NCBI GenBank assembly: GCA_964016885.1
Contig: OZ024759.1
Span: 33,108,001 to 33,172,000 of the forward strand
Origin: Eledone cirrhosa
Taxonomy: Eukaryota
Reading direction: 5' to 3'
DNA length: 64,000 nucleotides
Shown: piece after piece, positions 12,706 through 26,709 of the stretch
How the letters are laid out: the number at the start of each line of letters is the position of its first letter
How positions within the stretch are numbered: position 1 is the stretch's first letter
The notes under the pieces: model-generated
What the model was told of the DNA's origin: nothing
The model's input: only the letters and a program-made list of their open reading frames with translations
Database searches by the model: none
Translations under genes and position numbers: made by a program

Positions 12706-13094
12706 TAAGGGGAAATAACAAAAATTAGAATCTCGTCTGAGACGGAGAGCATTTAACATTGTATCTGCTCAGTATAAGACGAAGGTTGTTGCTGGGCATG
12801 GAATTAGGGTTAGGTAAATGAAAGGCAGACCCTATATTTCACATTATGATATATACTAAACCAATAGACTATGTCGTCATTATTGGTTTTTCTAAAGGTA
12901 ATCATTAACATTTTATAATATAATTAATTTATATTATACAGACAATCATTTTCAAAACTATTTCCATTTCACTGCCCATCGTTTTACAATTTTCCTTAAT
13001 TTAAAACCACCATTATTATTCTTTGAGTCTCAGTCATTGATGTTATTTAACTGGAAAGTTTGTTGAAATGAATATCAAACCGCTACCTGCAGCC

Positions 13095-13530
13095 TCAGAT
13101 ATTCAGGACGTATCGGAGGGTTCTTGCTGTTCCCAGTAAGCATGCCTTTTGAAGTGTTCCAAAAAACGGGGCTGGACTAGTCTTCTTGAACCATCCTTGG
13201 AAACTCTTTGAGATAGTACCTAGTGCACCTATGACAATCGGGACGACCTTGATTTCATGGCAGTTCCAAATCCTTTTTACTCCCACTTTAAGTCCTGGTA
13301 TCGTTTAATTTTCTCCCTCTCCTTATCTTGCACTCTCGTGTCAAAGAGGCAGGCTACATCTACAATCAGGCACGATCTTTTTTCCTTGTCCCAAACCACC
13401 AGGTCAGGCCTATTGTGTTCTACTTTCTTGTCCGTCTGTATCATAACATCCCATAGCACCTTCACCTGATCGTTTTCTATCACCGACTCTGGCTTATGCT
13501 CATACCGCTTTTCAGAATGTGGTAAATTGT
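13095..13530 (-). mobile_element. Non-LTR retrotransposon 3' fragment with restriction-like endonuclease (R4/Dong-like), frameshifted
   Basis: VKVLWDVMIQTDKKVEHNRPDLVVWDKEKRSCLIVDVA..D.RV..KE.EK..YQDL, then in another frame VVPIVIGALG...QKACLLGTARTLRYVL. This is the RPD..D-type endonuclease C-terminus. Confidence 0.85.
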
Positions 13531-13547
13531 TTAGTATTATTATTATT

Positions 13548-13697
13548 ATTTGCTTTCCAGCATCGTTACGTCCCTTTACGGTCTGAGTTCAAATCCCGCC
13601 GAGGTTAACTTTGCCTTTCATCCTTACGGGGTCGATAAAATAAAGTACCAGTAATGTACTGAGTAATTGCTGGCCTTGTGCCAAAAGTAGAAACAAT
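13548..13697 (+). mobile_element. SINE family 1
   Basis: B-box, core, tail and (ATT)n end. Confidence 0.85.
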
Positions 13698-14349
13698 TAT
13701 TATTATTATTGCTGTTGTTTTTGTTGCTTTATACGTTTTTTTTTTCTGGTATGTGATTCTTTTAATTATTAAACTCAATCTTGAATCTGCTCTGATCTCA
13801 ATTTTACATTTGAAATGACTTTCAAAAATGATAATTTTGTGCATCGTTTCAGAATAGTTTCAACATTAATTAATTGCCAAAGAAAGTGTATCATTATATC
13901 ATCATCCTTATCATCATCATTGTCAACATTATTATTATTATTATTATTGGTAATATGTGGTTGTTTTTTCGTGTTGTACTATACTCTCACTTTATTTTAA
14001 CTGCAATATATTTTTTTATGTTAATGCGTGGCTGCTTTTGGGGGGGGGGGGGGGACTTTTTAAATTTTTTGTGCGTGTGTAATATATTTTTTTAAAAATT
14101 CAACTTTGCCTTTATTTCAATTTAATTTAATTTAATTGTTGTCTGGAATAATTGCAATATTTTTAGCTAATTTGCATCAATATTGTCTTCTTTATTTTTA
14201 ACCGTGCTAGTTTCAGCGATATTAATTTTGCCTTATTTTTTTAAAGTAAATTTTCGAAAAGTTTTTTCATATTCGTTTTTCTTTTTTGTTGTAATATTCA
14301 TATTTTGTTTTTAATCATTTACAATTTGGTATACTTAATTTCAGCTGAC

Positions 14350-14680
14350 CAGTGAATTGATACCAGCTCCGATATTATGAACAGGTGGTTAGAATATCTG
14401 AAATCGCTCCAGATAGAGCTGCTACTTCTGCGAATTGAGAGATCACAGCTCCTATATTATGAGCATGTGGTTAGAATATCTGAGGAAAGAAACGCAGAAT
14501 AGATTTTACGGGCAAAACCAGCCGACAGGAGACCCAGGGGTAGACCTACCCCGAGCAAGATGGTCGGCTGGTCTCGCTTGGGGGACCCGGCCGGATCAGT
14601 TGGGGATGGGTGCTTCTGACAGGACCCGCTGGAAGGAGTGTTTGAGGACTCTACCTCCATGACCCCCTCAGAAGTAGAAG
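14350..14680 (+). mobile_element. RTE-clade LINE 3' fragment with an internal duplication
   Basis: Homologous to 16913-18130 and 25610-25990; ends ...ASDRTRWKECLRTLPP. Confidence 0.75.
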
Positions 14681-15699
14681 GCAAAGAAGAAGAGATAGAT
14701 AGATATATCATGTAAAACACGTGACATGTTACATCTATGGAATTTAAATGTAGCATTATATATTTATGGGGGTTAATACGTGACACGATATATATTTATA
14801 TATGCGATCTAATACGTGGAATGCTATATTTATTAGGTCCCTGGTGTTTACATTCATACTATATTTTACGGTGTATTGGAACCGTATCATCAAAGTATTT
14901 TTTCTGTCTGGAATAATTGCAGCGGTTTTTGGATATTTTACATCAATATTATTTTCTTTATTTTTAACCGTGATAGCTGGAGCGATATTAATTTAGCCAT
15001 TTTTAAAGCGAATTCTCTCAATTTTTATTTTCACTTATGCGTTTGTTTCAGGTATTTTTTAATAAATTCTGATTTGGTCCACTTCGTTCTGCTTTGCCTC
15101 TTACACATTTACAGGTTCAAATACGAGGCTAGTATTTCAGCTGATGTGAAATTGAACAAGCGGAGCGTATCTACAGTCACGGAACATGCTCGAAACAGCA
15201 ATCATATCCTTCAAATGAAACCATACCGTCTGGAGAAAAGACTAGCATGTAGAGTCCTTCATACAAAATATATATATTTTTTTAATCAAGAAAAAGAGGA
15301 CTGTGTACCATAGATCAAATGTAACATATATGTACTTTCGTAGCTAACAAGAGGTAATGCCATAAAGAAAGCATTCGCTTACTGTCACTCCCAAGTAACG
15401 TCGACGATGCAGGGATTGACTCGTAATTTAATTGTCAATGTAGTTTTGTGGACTATATATTGATGAACGGATAAATATTCTAAAGAGGTTATGCAATAGC
15501 GATTGCCTAAACTGAAGAAATGAATTCTTCACACGTTGTCCACATGTCTGGAAACACCTCTTACATAACTATAAAGCTCCGGATTGAATAACAACATCCT
15601 AATTTTCTTATCAACTAGGAACTTTCGGACTTTCGCATTATCACCCTTACACCTCCCGCACGCAGTTTTGTATTGCCTGGGTAAAGTGACCGTTCCTGC

Positions 15700-15818
15700 G
15701 CATGCGCGTTCATACGGATGTCCTTCCTGTTCCGTATAATCATGTCCATTACAAGCTGAAGAGCCGCTAAGGTGAAACAATTGTTCTCGGTAGGGTGAAC
15801 TAACTGTTGTGTTACCAC

Positions 15819-15822
<4 letters not shown>
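15700..15822 (+). mobile_element. pLTR-like element ending in (TA)n; family of 35889 and 57228
   Basis: GTTCCGTATAATCATGTCCATTAC...GGTGAACTAACTGTTGTGTTACCACTT matches the reverse complement of 57230-57320. Confidence 0.75.
15753..15789 (+). ncRNA. Hammerhead ribozyme
   Basis: AG-CUGAAGA (15756)-GCC-GCUAA-GGU-GAAAC-AAUU-GUU-CU. Confidence 0.75.
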
Positions 15823-15895
<73 letters not shown>

Positions 15896-16133
15896 CACAC
15901 ACACATGTGTGAAGGTGCGTGACTGAGTGGTTAGAGAATTTGATTGGCTATCATGACGTTGTGAATTTGATTCCTATCCCTTAAACCGAAGGCGAATCTG
16001 ACCCCGTGATTCCTGCCAAACTAAACCTCAGTCAAATTCGTCAAAAGAGACACGGACTATCCACCTTCCCAAACTCGGCATACGTAACCGAATCTTAACA
16101 GTCAGCAAATGGGAAGGAGAGACGTTATCAATT

Positions 16134-16345
16134 TCCACTGCTACATGTTTTACCACAAACCTATCACATGAGTAGGGATGTGGTCCGGTGGGGAAGGAGA
16201 ATGCCGGAAGTCTCCACTGCTACATGTTTTACCACAAACCTATCACATGAGTAGGGATGTGGTCCGGTGGGGAAGGAGAATGCCGGAAGTCTCCACTGCT
16301 ACATGCTCTACCACTAACCTATCACATGAGCAGGGATGTGGTCTG
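16134..16345 (+). repeat. 79-bp tandem repeat, about 2.7 copies
   Basis: TCCACTGCTACATG recurs at 16134, 16213 and 16292. Confidence 0.9.
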
Positions 16346-16912
16346 GGGGCCACATGATCATTCCTTTATTTTTATTTATTCATCTATTTATTTAAATATT
16401 TATTTATGTACTTTACTTTATTTTAATATCCGTTTAATTTTCAGAAGAAATCTACTTCCTTTAAATAAAATGTTTAGCTTTCAGCCTGTATTAATTTAAA
16501 ACGAAATAGCATAAAGCCAGGCATTTAACACAAATAAACAAATTAACAAGTTATATTCATAATTAATATTTTTTATATTACTTCACGAGAAACTAATTAC
16601 ATCTTCCGTCCAGCAGGTTTTATTTTATATTTTCAATATTATATTTATTTAAATTTTAATGCTTATATTTATTTCATTTATAAATCTTTTTTTGGCCATT
16701 TTAATATCTTAAGCAGACACCATTGTTTTTTAGTTTCAGAATGTTTTCTCTATTTTTTTTTTCACCCGCTCCACTTCACTTGGCATAATGTTTCTTCTTT
16801 AACTTCGTTTTAATTGAAATAGATTAAAATAAGAGAGACGTTGTGTTTTGGCGTTATTCTGTGAGTATGCTTCTATATTTGTTAGTGTGATTCATTATAT
16901 GAGGTAATCAAA

Positions 16913-17965
16913 GTAGAGCCGCCGCTTCTCCGAATTGAGAGATCACAGCTCCGATACTATGGACATGTGGTTAGAATGTCTCAGGAAAGAATCGCTGGAG
17001 TCACTCCAGGTAGAGCTGCTACTTCTCTGAATTGAGAGACCACAGCTCCGATACTATGGACATGTGGTTAGAATGTCTCAGGAAAGAATCGCTGGAGTCA
17101 CTCCAGGTAGAGCTGCTACTTCTCTGAATTGAGAGACCACAGCTCCGATACTATGGACATGTGGTTAGAATGTCTCAGGAAAGAATCGCTGGAGTCACTC
17201 CAGGTAGAGCTGCTACTTCTCTGAATTGAGAGACCACAGCTCCGATACTATGGACATGTGGTTAGAATGTCTCAGGAAAGAATCGCTGGAGTCACTCCAG
17301 GTAGAGCTGCTACTTCTCTGAATTGAGAGACCACAGCTCCGATACTATGGACATGTGGTTAGAATGTCTCAGGAAAGAATCGCTGGAGTCACTCCAGGTA
17401 GAGCTGCTACTTCTCTGAATTGAGAGACCACAGCTCCGATACTATGGACATGTGGTTAGAATGTCTCAGGAAAGAATCGCTGGAGTCACTCCAGGTAGAG
17501 CTGCTACTTCTCTGAATTGAGAGACCACAGCTCCGATACTATGGACATGTGGTTAGAATGTCTCAGGAAAGAATCGCTGGAGTCACTCCAGGTAGAGCTG
17601 CTACTTCTCTGAATTGAGAGACCACAGCTCCGATACTATGGACATGTGGTTAGAATGTCTCAGGAAAGAATCGCTGGAGTCACTCCAGGTAGAGCTGCTA
17701 CTTCTCCGAATTGAGAGACCACAGCTCCGATACTATGGACATGTGGTTAGAATGTCTCAGGAAAGAATCGCTGGAGTCACTCCAGGTAGAGCTGCTACTT
17801 CTCCGAATTGAGAGACCACAGCTCCGATACTATGGACATGTGGTTAGAATGTCTCAGGAAAGAATCGCTGGAGTCACTCCAGGTAGAGCTGCTACTTCTC
17901 CGAATTGAGTGATCACAGCTCCAGTAATATGGACATATGGTTAGAATGTCTTATGAACAAATTGC
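16913..17965 (+). repeat. 97-bp tandem array (10 full units plus 1 partial) derived from an RTE LINE ORF
   Basis: GTAGAGC recurs every 97 bp from 16913 to 17883. The unit encodes LQVELLLLRIERPQLRYYGHVVRMSQER, a typical RTE C-terminal motif. Confidence 0.92.
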
Positions 17966-18130
17966 TGGACAGATTTTACGGGCAATGCCAACCAGCAGGG
18001 CTTTGGCTGCTCTCGCTTGGAGATCCAGTCGAATTAATTGGAGACAGCTGCTTCTGACAGGACCTGCTGGAAGGAGTGTTTCGAGACTTTTCTCCGACGA
18101 CCCCCCCCCCCCCCAGGAATATATGGGCGA
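17883..18130 (+). mobile_element. RTE-clade LINE 3' end continuing from the array
   Basis: Homologous to 14480-14680 and 25770-25990. Confidence 0.75.
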
Positions 18131-19529
18131 AGAAATAAAAGAAAAAGGAAGATTGTTTATATTTAAATCTCTCTCTCCCTCTCCCTCTACACTTGCACAT
18201 TGAGAGAGAAAGAGACAGAGAGAAGAGGAGGGAGAGAGAAAATATGTGTGCATGACTTTGTGTAAATCATCTATTTATTCAGGCATTGAATCCTTAAAAT
18301 ACAATGGTGTTTTGATTGCAGGAATTGTATGAGTTTAAATATAAAACCTTATAGGTTAAAGAACGTTGAAAATAAAAGGAGCTTTGTAATCAACAAATAT
18401 ATAAAAATACCCGAAATATTAAAATAACCCTATAACATTGTGTAACAAAACAAATGGAATTATTGATAGAAGAAACAAGAAATTAAAAGATTATAAATAG
18501 CTATTTAACTTTAACTTCCCATTTTTGGAAAATCCATTTTAAATAACTGAATTGAAAACAGTTATTTTCAAAAGGAAAATATGTTTAACAACAACAAGAA
18601 TCTTTTCTATTTTGAAATCATTTCTTAACGTGGAAATAGTTTATCTAAATGAAGACATTAGGGACCTTTTAGAACAGACTTTATAAATACACCCTTGTTT
18701 CTCAAAGAAAGAACAGATTCTATTTCATATCTTTAATATATATTTATAATAATTTCTACTTTTATAGTTTTGGTGTCTTCAGAATTTCACAAATGATGAT
18801 TTTTTGTGTACGTCACTCCCCTCCATTAACTTTTGAGATTGTTTGAAATAACAAACATCAATGTTCAAGTATCTTCTCAAAAGGGCATTGGATGACGCCG
18901 AAAGATTGATGCTAGAGCTGTAAAATCTTGGATGCATTAATTTCCACTCTTAGTATTGATAACTATTGTTTATTTCCATGGAATACGTTGAAAAATAAAA
19001 CTCATTTGGTCATTCCACGAGAGTACCTTGGCCAGACTATGAAGGAGTGATGCTAGAGTTGTGAAATCTTGCATGCATTAAATTCAAGAGAGAGATAGGG
19101 AGAGAGAGAGAGGGGGAGAGGGAGAGAGAGAAGGAGAGAGGGGGAGAGGGAGAGAGGGAGAGATAGAGGGAGAGGGAGATAGGGGGAGAGGGGGGGATAT
19201 AGAGAGGGTGAGAGGGAGAGATGGAGAGGGGGAGAGGGAGAGAGGGTGGGAGTAGAGATAGATAGAGATAGATATACAGATAGACTAGATATAGATATGT
19301 ATGTAGGGTTGGGTGGGTTGAAAGTTTCGGAGAGTCGGGTGGTTATGAAATTCTTAGCCAATACAGGATATAACTGTAAACACAGTCGTTTAATACAAAT
19401 TATAACCTAGGAAATCAGGTAGGATACATATCGTCATCAGTCGATCGACTTTCGTCAAATCGGACCGAGGAAACAATGTTTCCATGGGTCCTTCTAATTG
19501 CTAGTACTATCTATCGGTCGCAACTCCAA

Positions 19530-19695
19530 GTAGAAGCAAGTGTCTTGCTGAAGGACATAACGTGAAATAAAGGACATAACGTGAAATAAAGAACACAACG
19601 TGAAATAAAGCGTCTTGCTCAAGGACATTCCAGGTCCGGTAATCGAACTCACAATGCGAATCCAATTCTCTAACCAATCAACCATGCGCCTTCAC
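19530..19695 (-). mobile_element. SINE family 2 head
   Basis: GTCTTGCTCAAGGACA...AATCGAACTCAC...CTAACCA..CCATGCGCCTT is the reverse complement of a tRNA-like head. Confidence 0.7.
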
Positions 19696-19913
19696 TAGGT
19701 TACATATGTAAAGGGAAAATAGGGTCCAGCTAAAATAGGGAGAATGGAACACCCTTGAGATGGTTGTCAATCTTCTACTTCACTAATCTATCAACTCTGC
19801 ATTTCATCTGCTATCAAGTACTACGATGATTTGTGGTCTTCGCAGTCCTCGTACAACTGAACACCTCCCTGACTCCTCCTCCACTCTCTCCCCTACACAC
19901 ACTCACACACACG

Positions 19914-19965
<52 letters not shown>

Positions 19966-19968
<3 letters not shown>

Positions 19969-20167
19969 AGGGAGTGTCACTTGGAGTTACTGTAGGTTCA
20001 CCCGGGTGACCACTCGAGGTTTAGGTTGACTTCAGTGTCGAGGTGTAGAGCTAGACAGAGTGTATTATAGTGAAATAAGATAAGGACGATTGGTCACTCC
20101 TTCATTGCGCGCTCCACCAACCAATAAACGTAATGAAGGATTAACCAATTGTCCTTGTTATCTTATT

Positions 20168-20172
<5 letters not shown>
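19966..20172 (-). mobile_element. Internally deleted copy of the 5901-6209 fold-back element
   Basis: 19966-20070 is the reverse complement of 6105-6209; both arms are partly retained; TA flanks. Confidence 0.8.
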
Positions 20173-20205
<33 letters not shown>

Positions 20206-20300
20206 GATAAATCTACCAAGAGTTTACGGTAGTGTCCAATCCGTATGAAGAACTCAATGTAATCCGGATATCATGGAAAGAAGAGATGCAATGAAAAATC

Positions 20301-20446
20301 TTATTTCTGAAGACGGCATATATGTGTGTTGGTATGTATATTTAATTTTGATAGTTTGTATAATTTTGTATAATTTTGTACATAGATCTGTTGAATATAC
20401 ATGCCAATTCTAACACATATATATCCTAGAAACGATCGTTAAATAA
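20301..20446 (+). ncRNA. Hammerhead ribozyme with about 115-nt stem II
   Basis: UUAUUU-CUGAAGA (20307)-[long hairpin AUAUAUGUG..UUGGUAUGUAUAUU / AAUAUACAUGCCAA..CACAUAUAU]-GAAAC (20429)-GAUC-GUU-AAAUAA. Stem I has 6 bp. Confidence 0.65.
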
Positions 20447-20504
20447 TGAACTTTTTTTGTTTAATATAAGGAACTGTTTCATTGTTTTATTCATTATTTT
20501 TTTA

Positions 20505-20538
<34 letters not shown>

Positions 20539-20543
<5 letters not shown>

Positions 20544-20713
20544 ATCCCTGGTTCAATCGGGGATAACCACAGTAAGTAAGGTACTCAATACATAACAGAG
20601 TATAAATATTTAATATAGAAAGGCTTCTACAGTGTCTAGAACTGTTTTATTCGGTAGAAATCATCAGAAATCATTACTACCGAATGAAACAGTTCTAGTC
20701 CTGTAGAAGCCTT

Positions 20714-20722
<9 letters not shown>
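20539..20722 (-). mobile_element. Fold-back element, sister of 10545-10734
   Basis: Aligns end to end with that copy; minus-strand CUGAUGA at 20667-20661; box at 20580-20589. Confidence 0.75.
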
Positions 20723-20794
<72 letters not shown>

Positions 20795-20976
20795 TAGTAG
20801 TTTAAGCACTATCCTGCTAACAATACAGTGACATTCCACGATCTACCCACTGAAACAATCGTTAAACAATGAACTAACTAACTACCTATATCTAACTGTC
20901 TTTTATTCGTTATTCTATGCACAAACAAACACACACACACATATATGAATATATATATATATATATATATACATAC

Positions 20977-21027
<51 letters not shown>

Positions 21028-21071
21028 TGTATGTCTACACACACACACATATATATATATATATCTACACG

Positions 21072-21123
<52 letters not shown>

Positions 21124-21582
21124 TATATACACACATGTATATATATAAATATATATATATATATATAAATATGTATGTCTACATGTATGCCTACACACAC
21201 ACACACACACACACAAATATATATATATATAATCCGTGTAGTCATTAGCAATTAACATATGAGCATTTATTATAATCACGAATAAGTAGATATAAAAATA
21301 TAAGTTTTTTCCTATATTTTCCTAATATTAACTACATCTACTAAGTAATGCAATAAGATAAATATTTTCTTTTAAAATCTTTCCGTAGCTTCATTATTCA
21401 TTATTCTAACTAACTTCAATTTTCCCTGTTATCAAATTCTATAATTTCACTTCACGGCCATTTTGTTAATTCTACACATTTTCTAATAATGACTTAGGTT
21501 TCTTTATATTTGGTGATTCACAATTGAAGTTGTATGTAATGTTTTTTTTGTCGTTGTTAATTCCAGTGCATGGCATATGTCA

Positions 21583-21616
<34 letters not shown>

Positions 21617-21760
21617 CGTATGTATATATATATATATACGTATGTATGTATGTATACATATTTATACATATGTATGTGTGTGGATTTATATATTATATTG
21701 TATATATATGTGTGTATATACGTTATATATATATGTGTGTGTGTGTGGATGTGTATGTGT

Positions 21761-21821
<61 letters not shown>

Positions 21822-21874
21822 TGTTATTTCACGTAGGTGTGTGCAGTATATTGTATACGATTTTATGCAGAATA

Positions 21875-21941
<67 letters not shown>

Positions 21942-22095
21942 GCATGCATATATAAATATATATGTATATATACATGCTCATAGATAGGTAGATGAAAGAA
22001 TAAGCAGACACAGTAGTACGTAATTAGATCGACAGACAGACAGAGAGAAAGAGGGTGCGAGAGAGAATCATATACATAGCTAGATATTTCATCTA

Positions 22096-22130
<35 letters not shown>

Positions 22131-22924
22131 TGTATTCAACACAACACTTTTAACCCATACTGGTATACACTACTAACACACGTAGAGATTTCTAACAAGC
22201 ACAGATTCTTTATATACATACACACATGCTCATATGCACACATGCTCGTACACACGCTCATATACCTACATGGTCATATACACAAATGCTCGTACACACA
22301 CATGTTCATAAACACACACGCTAATACACACATATGCTGATACACACATATGTTCATACACACACATGTTCATATACACACATTGACTAATCCGGAAGAT
22401 ACGCCAGAGGGAATTTTGTGAAATATCTTTGAACTAGGAAAAGATAACCAATAATTTTCTGACGACGACCTTTTGATTTCAAAATTTGCCAAAATATATG
22501 TCTATGATTCTACACTGCTCTGTATGAGCTACTTACCCGCACGCACACACACACACACACATATATACACACATATATAGATATATATTTATACATATAT
22601 ATATATATATACACATATAGATATATATTTACACATATGCACATAAATATATATATATTTACACATATATATGCATATATGTATATTTACACATATATAT
22701 GCATATATGTATGCACATACACACATATATATATATATATATCCATATATGTGGCTACATATATACATATATAATAATACTATTAGTATTAATATTAACC
22801 AAGGCAAGACGATATCTGCCGTAGACTTCCTTCTTTATCGTTTATTCCTCACACGTCCTTACAGTGTGTTCAACAGACTTTTAATCAGGAAATATTTATA
22901 TTCGTATAAGTAGATACACACACC

Positions 22925-22975
<51 letters not shown>

Positions 22976-23008
22976 GTATATATATATGTACGTATATATA
23001 CATATATT

Positions 23009-23059
<51 letters not shown>

Positions 23060-23080
23060 GTTTATATACATATATATATA

Positions 23081-23117
<37 letters not shown>

Positions 23118-23120
23118 GTT

Positions 23121-23193
<73 letters not shown>

Positions 23194-23196
23194 GTT

Positions 23197-23283
<87 letters not shown>

Positions 23284-23399
23284 GTATATATACATATATA
23301 TATACATTTATATATATGTACGTATATATATATATATATATTTATATATGTACGTATATATACATACATATATATATTTATATATATATACATATGTAC

Positions 23400-23471
<72 letters not shown>

Positions 23472-24139
23472 GTACGTATATGTACGTATATGTATATATA
23501 GATATATACGTATATATATATATATATGTACATATATATATATATACGTATATATATAGATATATACGTACGTATATATAGAGAGAGCGAGAGAGAGATG
23601 GGGATATATCTCTATGTGTGTGGGTATGTGGATGTGTATAAGTGGGTGGGTGTTTATGTAGGTGTGTACCTGTGTTTAGTACAATTGTCTTTTGAATGCC
23701 TTCGAGAACCAGACGTCGTTTATTTGGCTGATTAACCAATACACAGAGAGAGAGAGATAGAATGAGAGTCAGTGAGGAAGAGAGAGATAGAGAGAGTCAG
23801 TGAGCAACAGAGAGAAATATATGCAAAAATTAAACGATAATAGCATAGCAAACAACACAGTACAATGACGAAATATATTAGTTTAACGCTTGGTATAGTA
23901 AGAATAGAATGTTTACGTTTCTGACTGTAGTCCTTCATTTCATAACATGGACTGTGAAATCTAATATAACATAGAAGGAAAGGGAATGAGACGAGGAAAG
24001 GACGAAAAGGACTTTGAGAAAAAGCCATATGTACATTGAATCATCCACGTTCAGTAAAAACGTTGTACATTCTACCTCAAAATCGTTGCTTTTGTTTCCT
24101 CTTTGAAGTAACCAAGTAGCATTTCTATCTGGGACGATT

Positions 24140-24290
24140 CTCTCGTCTTCGTTAAAACGTTGGATAAAATGATTTATGGCATTCGTTCCAATTTTCTGCT
24201 CTCGGAGTTCAAATCCTGCCGAAGTCAACTTTGCCTTTCATCCTTTCGAGGTCGATAACAAAAGTACCAGTCTAGTACTGAAGGTTGATT
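24140..24290 (+). mobile_element. SINE family 1, diverged
   Basis: GAGTTCAAATCCTGCCGAAGTCAACTTTGCCTTTCATCCTTTCGAGGTCGATAA. Confidence 0.75.
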
Positions 24291-24743
24291 CTTTCTCTAT
24301 ATCTCTTTCTCATTTCTTCTCCCTCAATTTCTATCTTTCTCTGGTAGAAATCTGCTGTACTCTGGCCAGAGTATGGATGGGTTCCGCCAAGCTAAAAATG
24401 CCCCCAAAAGGCTGTTTGTCTATCGGCGCCCCTACGACTATCAGGAGTTATCGGGACAACACATAGAAGAATTAGCAACTTGTTGACAGAAATGTGTTAT
24501 CCGACAGTATCATATAAATATCTTTCGTTTAATGACGACAAATCTCTCTACAACTGAAGCAGAATAATGTGGAAGGCTTTTAAGAACAACAGGTATTTGA
24601 GTTTCTATTGATGTGAAGTTGGATTTATACTTTATGCAACGACTATTTCGTGTGACAGTCTTAGAACTTTTATCGGCGTTCATTATCGCTGTTTATGTTG
24701 TGTGTTTCAAGAGGGAATGAAACACAGATACACACACATACAC

Positions 24744-24823
<80 letters not shown>

Positions 24824-25609
24824 TCATATATATATAGTAGCACACACACACATGTATATTATATATATGAGAGAGAAACGGAGCGAGGGCGTAATAATAG
24901 TTAAGATAAGGAATATGTTTCCCATGGTGTTCGTGTGTGTGTGGATATGTGTGTGGGTATGTGTGTGTGTGTGGGGGGGGGGGGTATGTGCATGTGTGCG
25001 TGTGTGTGTACGTGTGGGGGTATATGAGAGAGAGAGAAAAAGATACTTATAATTCTTCTGTTCGAGTATTCGGCTATATAATGAGAGTTACAAAGACTAT
25101 TACATATATCAAACCAGCCACCCTTCGGAAATAATGGACTCCTGTTGATACAGCTGCTGTACTTCTTCCCTATAGTATCTATTATTACTATAACATGCAA
25201 AGAAACAGTTGTTCGCATTGATTTTCATTAATGAATTCCCCAGAGGGAGAAGGATTATGTAACTCATTAGCTTCGACATTGTTGCTAGAGTTTACTTCGT
25301 CGCATCCCAATTATTGCAGAAGGTTTGAAAATGTATAATATCTGACATGATTTGAAAAGTGATTTCAGGGAAATGTTGCTACAGAATTGACAACTATATT
25401 TGGAATTAATTGTGTGTTGACAGTAAAAATAAAATAACTTTTGAACTTAAGTCACAATTCCAAAAGCATTTCGTCACCTTGACATCGCAAGATTTCTCAC
25501 GAAGAAAGTAAGATTATAATTGATTGCCTGAACAAGACCAGAAGTTAACGGACTTGTCTTATAAGTTTATGTGGAATCTATTAGATTATTAAGACATATG
25601 TATAAATCA

Positions 25610-25990
25610 AGCTCGCTATCTTCAATTCGGTATTCGTGCCAACCCTTGACTATGGCCATGAATCTTGGGTAATGGCTGAAAGAATACGATAACAAATAAA
25701 AGCGGCCGAAATGGGGTTCTTCCGAAGGGTTTTTCTAGTAAGGTTACTCGATAAAGTGCGTAGCTCGGACAGGTGGTTAGCATATCTCAGAAACAAAAAT
25801 CACAGGACAGATTTTATAGGCAAAAAACCAACCGACATGAGACCCAGGAGTAGATACCGTGCAAGATGGTTGGATAACATCCATGATCTTGGCTGGTCAC
25901 GTCTGGGGATCTAGCCGGATCAGTTGGAGACGGTTACTTCTGACAGGACCCACTTGAAAAAGTCTTTGAGGACTCTTCCCCCAAGACCCT
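25610..25990 (+). mobile_element. RTE-clade (Rex3/Expander-like) LINE 3' fragment
   Basis: KLAIFNSVFVPTLDYGHESWVMAERIR*QIKAAEMGFFRRV..LLDKVRSS...RARWLDNI. Confidence 0.8.
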
Positions 25991-26385
25991 CCCTGGATTA
26001 AGAAGGAGAAGAAAAAGAAAAAAAAAAAGAAAAAGAAAGAGAAACAGAAGAAAAAGACCCAGGAAGCATGAAAGCCAAAGATAACGTTGATGATATTTGA
26101 ACTCAGAATGTAAAGAGACGAAACACAATGCTAAGTATATATGTGATTCTCTAACGATTCGGACAACCCCCCTCCTGTCAGAATATTAACGAGGAGCGGC
26201 ACAGAAACTATTTCAGTCGTGACACGCCCACTCTCAATTAAATGCATTGTTGTTTATGGGGTAAGAAACCTACAACTTAATTGTAAAGTCTGTGTATATA
26301 CACACACACACAGACATATATATACATACATACAAACACACACACGTTTATATATATATATACTTAAATACACACACACGCAAAT

Positions 26386-26450
<65 letters not shown>

Positions 26451-26678
26451 TACATACATACACACATACAAACAGACACACAAGTGTTTATGTATGTTTA
26501 CATATATCTATGTTTATATATATATATATATGTACATACAAACACACACACGTTTATATATATATATACTTAAATACACACACACACGCAAATGTTTATA
26601 TATATATATATACATGCATACAAACACACAAACGTTTATATATATATATACTTAAATACACACACACACGCAAATGTT

Positions 26679-26709
<31 letters not shown>

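Noticed and set aside
16134-16345. 79-bp repeat as a CRISPR or ribozyme array
   Set aside because: Plain tandem duplication with no spacers and no CUGANGA/GAAA core.
16913-17965. CRISPR-like regular array
   Set aside because: Units are identical end to end with no unique spacers, derive from an RTE ORF, and no cas genes are present.
22845-22890. Possible degenerate hammerhead on the minus strand
   Set aside because: Core reads CUGAUUA/GAAC with a poor stem II; too many mismatches to support.
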